DNA of 64,000 bases from assembly GCA_965603825.1 (NCBI GenBank), contig CBFDEM010000058.1, positions 310,001-374,000 of the forward strand. Direction: 5' to 3'. How positions within the stretch are numbered: the first letter of the stretch is position 1; each line of letters opens with the position of its first letter. Shown here in pieces: positions 14,301 through 23,809 of the stretch. Both the position numbers and the translations under genes were made by a program. The notes under the pieces are model-generated. The model had not been told where the DNA came from. It saw only the letters and a list, made by a program, of their open reading frames with translations, and made no database searches. Source of the stretch: Blepharisma stoltei ATCC 30299. Lineage: Eukaryota; Protista; Ciliophora.

Positions 14301-14762
14301 ACAAGATTTGATAGAAAATGTGTAGAGCATAATGTTTATAAAGTCCATACAATAGGAGATTGCTATGTAGTTATGGGATATACAGGGACTGAGAGAAGAG
14401 ATCCTACCAATGAGTGTATGAATGTCATCAGCATGGCCCAAGATATGATCAGAATTATTCATCAGATAAATGAAGAATGCAGCTCTGAGTTAAATATGAG
14501 AATAGGCATTCATACAGGAGAAGTTATTGCAGGGGTGATAGGGACAAATATTGTGAGATATGATATTTATGGGCCTGATGTGCTTTTAGCTAATAAAATG
14601 GAAAGCGGAGGGGAACCTGGAAAAATCAATATAAGTGAAGCTACAATGAGTATCCTTGAAAGAGGCTGGGAAGGAGCATTCACTTATACTTTCAACAAAG
14701 ATATAATCGCCAAAGCTATTGACAGGACTTTAAAAAGCTACTTTTTAACGTCCACTAATTAA
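8331..14762 (+). CDS. Bifunctional P4-type ATPase / guanylyl cyclase (alveolate-type GC), 2143 aa, no intron needed
   Basis: One frame across 13 TGA codons. P4-ATPase motifs: NFIRSSRYT..PKNIFEQF, DKTGTLT, SIGDGNND, LLVHGHWNY. Two class III cyclase domains: KIETVG...GDTVNTASR and ADIVGF...TIGD...ANKMES. Confidence 0.95.
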
Positions 14763-14798
14763 TTACTAATAGTTTCTTATATTTAAATATACATAAAA

Positions 14799-15461
14799 AT
14801 GATAAGGACAGTAGATGATTATGATTATCTCTTCAAAATCATCTTAATTGGCGACTCAGGAGTAGGGAAATCTAATATGCTATCACGATACACCAGAAAA
14901 GAATTCAACTTAGAATCAAAAACCACAATTGGTGTAGAATTTGCACAGAAAAATATAGTAATTGATGGAAAAACAGTAAAAGCACAAATTTGGGATACTG
15001 CTGGACAAGAAAGGTATAGAGCTATTACGACTGCTTATTATCGAGGTGCTGTAGGCGCTTTGTTAGTATATGATATATGTAAAGAAAGTTCTTTTCAAAA
15101 TCTAGACAAATGGTTAAGAGAGCTTCGCGATCATGCTGATCCACAGATCGTTGTCATGTTAATTGGAAATAAGACAGATCTTAAGCATCTAAGAGCTATT
15201 AAAACAGAAGACGGTGCTAAATATGCTCAGCAGCATAAAATTGCTTTTATTGAAACTTCGGCTTATGATGCCAGCAATATTGATTCAGCATTTGAAAGGA
15301 TTTTGAATGAAATTTATCAAATCACAGTCAGAGTAGGGGCTGGAGGGGGAAGTGGGAGACCTTCAATTGGCCCAAGTAGAAGGATCGATATAAGGGAAGA
15401 AAATGTTGTAGTGACTAATGATAATCAAAATAAAAAGAAAACTGATTCAGGTTGCTGCTAA
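14799..15461 (+). CDS. RAB11: Rab11 family GTPase
   Basis: [36 protein letters not shown]-terminal CC. Confidence 0.96.
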   Translation: MIRTVDDYDYLFKIILIGDSGVGKSNMLSRYTRKEFNLESKTTIGVEFAQKNIVIDGKTVKAQIWDTAGQERYRAITTAYYRGAVGALLVYDICKESSFQNLDKWLRELRDHADPQIVVMLIGNKTDLKHLRAIKTEDGAKYAQQHKIAFIETSAYDASNIDSAFERILNEIYQITVRVGAGGGSGRPSIGPSRRIDIREENVVVTNDNQNKKKTDSGCC

Positions 15462-15518
15462 TGAGGGTAATAAATTTCTAATTAATTTAGATTAATAAGT
15501 TTTTTATTAACGTTATAT

Positions 15519-16308
15519 ATGGAATCCGAACAAAAACCATCAGTTTTATCTGGAATTATAAGAATGCAGCTTCTGACAGAGAAGCTAGCAAACTTACAAT
15601 CAGGCCTGCAGCAGGACAAGAAATCAAGAGAAGATGTAAATATGTTCAAAATTCAAAACATTGAAACAAAAGTCCAGCAAAACAAAACCAATGAAGACTC
15701 ACAGTTTGCAGTATTTTTTAATTTAGAATATAAAAGAAGCCGTCATAAAATATCAAGAAGAGCTTAATAATGAAGTGAAGCTTCTTGATGAAATAGATAC
15801 AAATAAATCTAAAGACATAAGACTTATTGAAAATAACTTCAATATTGACATCAATATAGAAAAACAAGGATATAAAGAATCTATTACAAAGCTTGGGAAT
15901 ACTGAGGATGAAAAATTTTTTGAAGTGAAGCTTGAAGTAGCAAGATCTAAAAAGTCACGTGAAGATGCTGATGAAAGTATAATGACAGAATTTGCTCAAT
16001 CAATAGCAAAAATAAATAATTTGGTTGAAGAAGAGTCAAATTTAAGGGAAGAAGGCTATAATAAATTATTGCAAAATATCGCTGATGATATAGCAAAATA
16101 TTATAAGGCGGTAGAACAGCAAACAAAAATTAGAGAAGAATTGAACGGAGTTTTTAGTAAGATGGTGGAAAATTTCCAAGAAAAAGTTAAAGAGGAAATT
16201 AATAAAGAAAGGCAAGACAGAGAAAAATCAATAGAAACGCTATTAAAGTTGCTAGAAGACACTTGCAATAGAGTTGAAGGAGTTTTTTCCCAAGTCCCAG
16301 ATAAATAA
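15519..16308 (+). CDS. SF-assemblin/beta-giardin-like coiled-coil protein, one intron
   Basis: The 16-nt intron 15711-15726 joins the two ORFs; C-terminal ERQDREKSIETLLKLLEDTC resembles striated-fibre assemblins. Confidence 0.75.
15711..15726 (+). other. 16-nt intron
   Basis: GTATTTTTTAATTTAG; restores frame. Confidence 0.85.
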
Positions 16309-16361
16309 TTCATTTTTATACAAATTGTTTAACCATAATTTTATACAATCTCAAGATTTTT

Positions 16362-17432
16362 CTATATTTTGCCAACAAAATTTCTAATTTCGGCTTTTAG
16401 TTGTTTTTTTAATATTTTTATATCTATTGATTTATCATGATAATCAAATTCAAATGGCATTGCTCTTCTAATATCATCATCGGAAAGATATAAATCAGTT
16501 AGATATGGGTGTTGGATCAGTTTTTCAGTATCTCATCTCCTCAAAGGATTAAAAACAAGCATTTTGTCTAAAAAATCAAGAGCTAATGGTTCAGCTTCTG
16601 GATAAATCTCATTTCACAGCCTCTTTGGCTTCTCTGGGATTCTCCTTATAAATTCAGCAGCTCTATCACCCACAAAAATTAAATCTTCTTCATTAGGACA
16701 TCCCAATAAATTAACAATATTAACAATTTGTCGAATATAATCTTCTGCAATAAATACCAATCTCTTCCCCAAAAGTGCCGCCATAATGCACCCAACGCTT
16801 CATATATCTGATTTTGTAGTTATATAATTTTTATTTAAATAATATTCAGGGGCTAAAAATAGAAATTTCAAAGGTTCCTTTGCAAATTCTTCTGATAAAC
16901 TTTCTTTACCACTAGCTATTGAGTGACTAAAGCTAACAATTTTTACATCTTCATTAGAGTTGACAAATATTTCTTCCAAACTTAGATTTCCCAGAACAAC
17001 TTCTGCAGAATGAACACATAAAAGTCCTCTTAAAATGCAATACATGAAATACTGAATATGGTTATTTGAAATAATGCATGGGGATCTCAATATTTGATTG
17101 AGTTCTGCATCCATAAATTCTGTAATTAAAAATAGCGAACAACCCGCTTCATTTTTGAATTCTTCAATACTATAAAGCTGAATGATATTTTCATGGTTGA
17201 AATATTTCATCAGCTTAATTTCATTTAAAACTTTTATAATTTCATTTTTGGATTCATAAGGATTTATGATAGCCCGAATAAGTACTTTTTCTTTTCTTAC
17301 TGTATCATATGCAGAAAAAATCCCTCCGTAATTTTTGTAAGCAAAAAACTTGTGATTAATAAAGCGACTAGATATTCCAGGAGAAGGACCGAAAAATGAA
17401 ACACTTGTTGTATTATTTGATGTCATAGCCAT
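16362..17432 (-). CDS. MAP-kinase-like pseudokinase, 356 aa
   Basis: The MAPK scaffold is present (EIKLMKYFNHENII, HIQYFMY, APE, DI(W=TGA)SVGCI, LALDFLDKMLVFNP, HPYL). The Gly-loop, VAIK, HRD and DFG motifs are all degenerate. Stop is TAG at 16362-16364. Confidence 0.88.
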
Positions 17433-17481
17433 TTTATTTCTCCTATGTGTGCTTAAAACGTTAAATCTTTATTCGCATATT

Positions 17482-20400
17482 ATGAAAATTCATGCTCATT
17501 CAAGAAAATTTAGCTTAGCCCAAGTGTCAATAAAATCAGAGACCTACTCTCAGCCTGATCAAGAAAAAATCAATATTCTTAAGTCTCGACTCTATAAGCG
17601 AGGTTTAAGCTTATCATCTCTTCCTTCAGTTCCCAAACCAAAAGTTTCAAAAGTGCCACTTCTTCGTCCTTTTGATCCATCCTCAGATGTTGAATCAGGA
17701 ATTTCACGACCAAATAGCAAATCTTCTACTTCAAGACCTTTAAGTTCAAGAACAAATTCTACGTGCTCTACAAGAGCTTTGAGGCCATCTTCAGCTATAA
17801 AAAAAAATGAATTTAGTTCATCTTTGTTATCAAGATCTGCTTCACAGCCTTCAAGACCTATGACCGCAAAAACAAATCTTTCTCCCAAACTACCTATGTC
17901 AAGACTAAATGTCAATATTATTGAAAAAACTAAAGCAAAAATTTTAATTGAAAAATTGACTGGGAGATCAAATAAAGAGAATAAAGCTACTGAAAATGTG
18001 CATGAAGAAAAAATTATCAAATTTAATAGTGAAAATATAGAATACAGTGAAAATGTTGAAGAGAATAAATTTGAGGATTATATAAGAATTATCCAAACAG
18101 GCGGAAATTTACCTACCGAATTTTTGTATTTAAATCAAAAAAGCCATAGTCATATTTATGATTTAGAGGTAGCTTCAGCTGATAAAATAAATGAAAAATA
18201 TTATACGTTATCTGCGAGAGGGATTAATCTGTTTAATTATGGAAAAGCAGTTGAGTTTATAAAGCTAAATGATTGAGTTTTAGATAGAGAGTCATTTTTA
18301 AAAATAAAAGAAATGCCTTTTTTTCGGCAGTTTTTTATATGAAAAGTTATCAAAAGTTGGAAAAGAATTGTAAACCATGAGAATAGAGAGAAAAAAACTA
18401 AAAAATTGGAAGAAAAGTTATTTAAAGTAGATGACAACTATTCAGATTTATTATTAGCACATAAATCTTCTTGTTTGGAGCTTGAAAAATTGAAATTTAT
18501 TGAAATTCCTGCACATATGGATTTATTCACTTTAGAATCTTTTAAGAATCTTCAAGAAACGAATCAATTTGAAGTAAAGACTCATATGAAAGAATTATCA
18601 TGGCGAATGAGGGATAGCATAATGTCGAATATTCAAAAAATAATGGATAGCTTGCGCGAAAAGATCATTATGGAAATTGCTCAAGAAAAAGTTCACGGTG
18701 GCTTTCAACAGCAAGCTCCTATAGGCCACAAAGCTAAATATTTATATGAAAAAATGGGCTTTCCTGAAAACATGAGCTATGGACAGCGATCTATGCTAAG
18801 AAAGGAATGCTCAAGATTCATTAGATTTTCATATCTAGCTGACTATATTACAAGTGAAAGCCTGAAAAATCTTTATATTAGTTCAGTCAAAATTTTAATC
18901 AAAAAGCTAGAAGATCAGTTGAAATGCTTAAATAATTCTGATGCTTCAGAAGACGATTCTGACTATATTCATAGCCCTTATAAAAAAACACATGAAAATC
19001 CATTATTTAAAATTGAGTTTATATTAAATGATATTCCAATTGAACCAAGATTGAAAGTAGAACTAAAAGAAGACACACAAATGCACGATCCTGATGGCTT
19101 TCATCCAAATTTGAATTTAATTGTAGAGGATTCTGAAAATAAAATTTCATTTTCACCGTTTCCAGCGACTTTTGTCCCAAATTTAAATAGGATATGGCTA
19201 AAGTTTGTGCCTGGAAAAGAAGCTTTTATTGACTCATTTTTGTCAGTAATTTATAATGGTTTGGAGAACTTTAAGGTTATTCAAAGGTGAAGTCGGCACC
19301 CAGATCTAACTGATTTCGCTTTAGCGCTTGAAGAGTGAGACGATAAAGTGGCTGGCTATTGGCAGCCTGTAAAAATCTTAGCATTAGATTTTACTCCATG
19401 ATTAATAGAAAGTCCTTTTTATTATGATATAGAAGGAAAAATTACGAAAATAGTTAATCTTGCCTTTGAAAACATTGATACTCTTTTCAATAAATTTGAA
19501 TATGCAATTTTTTCACTTTACAAAAACCGTGAAATTGACTTTTCTATTTTTTCTCATCAATTTTTCCAACATCAACTTGAAGCATTTCAATCAACTTTTT
19601 CTCTCTTCAATAGTCAACTATCCAAAATTGATAAAACTCCTAAAAGTTTTGAAAATGGAATTTTTAGTGTTGATTGCAAAAAACTTAAAGAAATTTTGAC
19701 AGAAAGTTCTCAAGAGCGCATTAAAAAAACCCAAAATTTACTTTTAAATGTGTTTAGGACTGGAATTAATAAAGTTCAAAGCTGAGCTATAAAATCTGAC
19801 AAAGCTTTATCTAGAAAAGTTAACAGCTTAGATGATTTTATTGCACAAAGAGAAGCATTAAATGAGATAAATTCAGTAATAAGAAAAATGAAGACTGATT
19901 TTGATACCTTTTCATGCCTATTACAAATTGCAATAAAAATGAACCTGCAGATTTCTATTGAGGATAGCGAAGATGTAATGCATACTTCTAGTTTGTTAAG
20001 AGTTTTAACATCACATGCATATGTAATTGAAGACGCAGCAATAAAAACAATGAGAATCTATAAAAAAGAAATTAATGGTTTAGTGCCTGATATACTAAAA
20101 TATATCAGTGAATCGTTGATGGAAATAAGAAGTGAAAAATATTTAAAATATGATTCCGATTTAAAAAAAATTATAAAGGATTTGGAATCTTTATATAAAA
20201 AATACGTATATTTGAAATATAAAGCTGAGAATATTACTAAATATCAAAAAATATTGGATTGTAAAATTACTGAATTTCCTGAACTGCAAGAGCTATTAAA
20301 AGAAATTGAAATACGAAAAAGAGTATGAGTAGGGTATAATGATTGAAAAATAGCTTACTCTCAATGGTTTTTTATGCCAGTCGAAAGATTAGATCTAAGT

Positions 20401-20736
20401 GAACTTTCAATCAAACTTGATGAATATATGATTTTGATTAAAATTTCAGAGGAATCTTTGCCTAAATGTGAAATCTTGGAAAAAATGAAAAAAATGATCA
20501 AAAATTTCCAAAATATTTTTGATATTATCGAAGCATTTAAATCACCTATGCAAAACGAACATTTAGAAATGATAAGCTATATTTTGCAAGAAGATATCAG
20601 GCTGGTAACTGATTTAAATATAGGCAAAATAATCAAAATGAACATGCTAAGTAAAAAATCCGAAATTCAAGCAGTTGCCAGCCAAGCGATTCATGATGCA
20701 AAGCTGTATGAAGAATATAAAGCTTTATCAAAATAA
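17482..20736 (+). CDS. Axonemal dynein heavy-chain N-terminal (tail) domain protein lacking the motor, 1084 aa
   Basis: A single frame through multiple TGA codons. Inner-arm DHC-like N-terminus (EFLYL..YDL...YYTLS..G...EFI.L.DW...FF..F..WK) followed by the start of a DHC_N2-like region. Ends at TAA 20734-20736 with no AAA domains. Confidence 0.75.
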
Positions 20737-20993
20737 TGCGAAAATTGTACACGATTTATTTAACTTAACTCATTAAATTATAAAATTTCTCAACTTCTAC
20801 TAAATCCGATATTATTGCTAACTCTTGAACTTTGATTATTTATCTCAAAAAAAATTATTAAGGAAGGTAATAATAATAATAAATTGTAAAAAATATAGAC
20901 TAGTTTTCTTATCCATTCCTAAACTATCGTTTTAAACAATTGTCTGCTTTTGATATATCATTTAGTAGTAATCAGCTTGTGGAGATAATATTA

Positions 20994-22211
20994 ATGGCAT
21001 CTTGGAACCTATCATCTTCACAACGTGCTAAAGACACGATAAACCCTATCAGAGAAACAGTAGCCACCATTCTTCTTCCTACAGATTTTCATCTCCCCAC
21101 TTATTCCTTAGCCCTAGGTGATCCTTCAGTGTTTCCTGATTTCGCTGTGAACCCTATTTTCACAAGAATCGCTCAAGAAAATCTTCTGTCAGGAACTGGA
21201 AATGGCTACTGTTTAGCAGCAGGACCTAGGCCAGCCCGTGAAGCATTAGCAAGACAATTTTCTTATGAAAATATTCAGCTTAGTTGGGAAGATGTAATCC
21301 TTGATATCGGTGGAAGCGGAGCAATTCATACAGCCATGCAAGTATTTTTAAACCCAGGAGACAATATTCTAATCCCAGCCCCTGGCTTTCCTCTTTATAA
21401 GTGTATGGCAGGCAATTTAAGTGCAGAAGCAAGACTATATTCATTAAGACCTGACCATGGTTGGGAAATAGACTTCAATGACTTAGACAGACTAGTTGAT
21501 GAAAGGACAAAATTGCTAGTCATCATAAACCCATCAAACCCTTGTGGAAGCGTTTTTACAAAGGAGCATTTATTAGAAATTTTAGATTGGGCAGAAAGGC
21601 ATAAAATCTGTATTTTAGCTGACGAAGTCTATACAGGAATGAGCTATGGGAAGCCTCACATCCCAATCGGATCCTTAACTGATGAAGTCCCTGTTTTTAC
21701 TATTGGTGCTATGAGCAAAATGTATTTGGTGCCTGGATGGAGATGTGGCTGGCTTATTGTCTATGATAAACACAATAAATGTGCAGAATTCAGAGATGCG
21801 ATATTAAAAGTAAAAAATATGCTTTTGCATCCTGCTCCTTTTATCGCGAACTCTATACCAGCAATTATAGAACAAACTCCAGAAAACTATATGAGTGAAG
21901 TTATGCAAAAAGTTAAGGAAAGAGCTGAACTTGTGTACCAAAAAATTCAAGAAACTCCAGGATTATCAATGCAGATGCCTGAAGGAGCTCTATACTGCAT
22001 GATTTCTATAGACTTAGAAGCTTTTGAAGATTTTGGAAATTCAATTATTTTTGCTGAAAAACTAGCAAGGGAACAAGGAGTCTTGGTGCTTCCTGGAGAA
22101 AGTTTCATGAGTCATAGAGCCTTTAGAGTTGTTCTATGCCAGTCAAGAGCTGTTCTTGAAGAGTGCATGGACAGAATTAAAAATTTCGCAGCAGCACATC
22201 ATAAAAAATAA
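20994..22211 (+). CDS. TAT: Tyrosine/aromatic aminotransferase (class I PLP), 405 aa
   Basis: LGDPS.FP, NGY, PAPGFPLY, INPSNPCGSV, ADEVY, PLP-lysine motif GAMSKMYLVPGWRCGW, LPG..F..RV. Confidence 0.92.
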   Translation: MASWNLSSSQRAKDTINPIRETVATILLPTDFHLPTYSLALGDPSVFPDFAVNPIFTRIAQENLLSGTGNGYCLAAGPRPAREALARQFSYENIQLSWEDVILDIGGSGAIHTAMQVFLNPGDNILIPAPGFPLYKCMAGNLSAEARLYSLRPDHGWEIDFNDLDRLVDERTKLLVIINPSNPCGSVFTKEHLLEILDWAERHKICILADEVYTGMSYGKPHIPIGSLTDEVPVFTIGAMSKMYLVPGWRCGWLIVYDKHNKCAEFRDAILKVKNMLLHPAPFIANSIPAIIEQTPENYMSEVMQKVKERAELVYQKIQETPGLSMQMPEGALYCMISIDLEAFEDFGNSIIFAEKLAREQGVLVLPGESFMSHRAFRVVLCQSRAVLEECMDRIKNFAAAHHKK

Positions 22212-22288
22212 TTAAAAGTTGCATTAACTGCATTTATTGCTCGAAAAATATAAATATAAAGCATTTTTAAAATTATAAAATAAATTAG

Positions 22289-23425
22289 TTAATAATAAGT
22301 TGTTATCATCAGCTTTCTTGTATTTTCAATCAAGCTATTTAAAAACGACTCAATAGAAGACCCACCAGTTCCCTTAGTGCTGCCTCCTTGACTTGGCTTG
22401 ATAATATATTGATAAGCAAGTTTGCAATGCGTTTTTCTAAAATTAGCAAATTCTTCTATCACTGAATTCCATTCGTCAACTGCATCCAAATCAACGACAG
22501 TTTTCCTGATATCTTTTGGCCTGCTTTTTTCAACGAAAGCGATAAAGTCTCTATGCTCTTTTTTCATATATGGGAAAATCCCTGATAAAAATGTATCATT
22601 AGAATTCAAAGTAAAAATTGCATCGATAAGCCGAACCAAGGGGCTTTGGGCTGCAGTTGACCCCATTAGCTTTAGAGGAGTCTCAGAAACTCCTTCATAT
22701 ATTACACCGTCAAAAGACCCTAAGTATCTTCTGAAGCCAAAATAAAATACATTTGGATCTACCCTTTGAAAGACCAATGACAAAGCCTTTTTCATATCTT
22801 TTAATGTATCAACAAAAATTTTTAGTGAATTTTTGACGTCTTCCTCATTTTTGGTTTGGATTCCATTATAAAATGTCGGAATTGTTTCAATTATTGCATT
22901 GCCCAAGTACTCAATATAAGTCCCACAGTGGTAAAAGAAGGTCTCGTCATCAGTCCCTGAGAAAGTAAACAAGCTATCAATATTATCTGGGTGGAATTCC
23001 TTCGATTCATCTTTCAACTTCCAGTTTTGGAAATTCGTGGAAACAATTGAAATCATAGGGGCACGATCTAAATGATTGCTTAACCTGCAAAAAGGAACTG
23101 AAATATTTGATGGAATTCTCTGAGAAGGAGTGCTTGAATGCCAATAATAAGCTGAAGCAAGATACGCATGAAGTAGAGTTGCGAGCTCAATTTGATCATT
23201 ATCGTCTATTATTAAGGATGGATCAAACCTAGGCAGCTTCCTTATTTGGCTTGCTAAGTCTGATGGGTTGTCCTGGATTGACTTGACTAAGTTGTAGTGA
23301 GGCAAAAGTGCTTCAGATGTTGGAATGCTCAAAGGTGGAATTGACTGGACAAAGGATTGGATTGGGAGAGACTGAAATGATAAGAGAGAGCTCGGGAGGG
23401 TGCTGAAAAGCCTTGAAAAATTCAT
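22289..23425 (-). CDS. IDO: Indoleamine 2,3-dioxygenase, 378 aa (probably the 5-hydroxytryptophan-preferring isoform)
   Basis: AYYW, P.I....NW, FSGTDDETFF, DPNVFY..FR.YL, GSTAAQS loop, proximal heme His in FRKTH..AYQYI, GTGG motif; residue 131 is Asn. Confidence 0.93.
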   Translation of the reverse strand: MNFSRLFSTLPSSLLSFQSLPIQSFVQSIPPLSIPTSEALLPHYNLVKSIQDNPSDLASQIRKLPRFDPSLIIDDNDQIELATLLHAYLASAYYWHSSTPSQRIPSNISVPFCRLSNHLDRAPMISIVSTNFQNWKLKDESKEFHPDNIDSLFTFSGTDDETFFYHCGTYIEYLGNAIIETIPTFYNGIQTKNEEDVKNSLKIFVDTLKDMKKALSLVFQRVDPNVFYFGFRRYLGSFDGVIYEGVSETPLKLMGSTAAQSPLVRLIDAIFTLNSNDTFLSGIFPYMKKEHRDFIAFVEKSRPKDIRKTVVDLDAVDEWNSVIEEFANFRKTHCKLAYQYIIKPSQGGSTKGTGGSSIESFLNSLIENTRKLMITTYY

Positions 23426-23809
23426 TTATACACTTGATTGTTTGTCGCGAATAAATCGACCAATTTTCCTCGCTTGAAGATCACATTTTTATTATGTTTA
23501 TTATTTTAGATAAATTAGTTGCCATTTTTCCTCATCTGAAGATTAGACTTAAAAATAATTATTTAAATAGATAATTTAGTTATTTAAATCTTTATATTTC
23601 TTATATTAAATTATTTGAAAGGAAATTAGATAGCTTATATTAGTATATATAAAGCTGTATTGGTTTACTAATTTTTTAATTTCTGACTTTAGTTTACTTT
23701 TAACGTATGAGTACTTTGCTTTAGTTATCTTCTCTAATTATAATATTATAACTTAAAATTAATCGATCTTACTTATCTAGATTTCATCTTATTTATTTAA
23801 TAGAAAATA

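Noticed and set aside
20933-20940. AAACAAT (HMG-box-like site) upstream of both TAT and IDO
   Set aside because: Too short and AT-rich to be significant in this composition.
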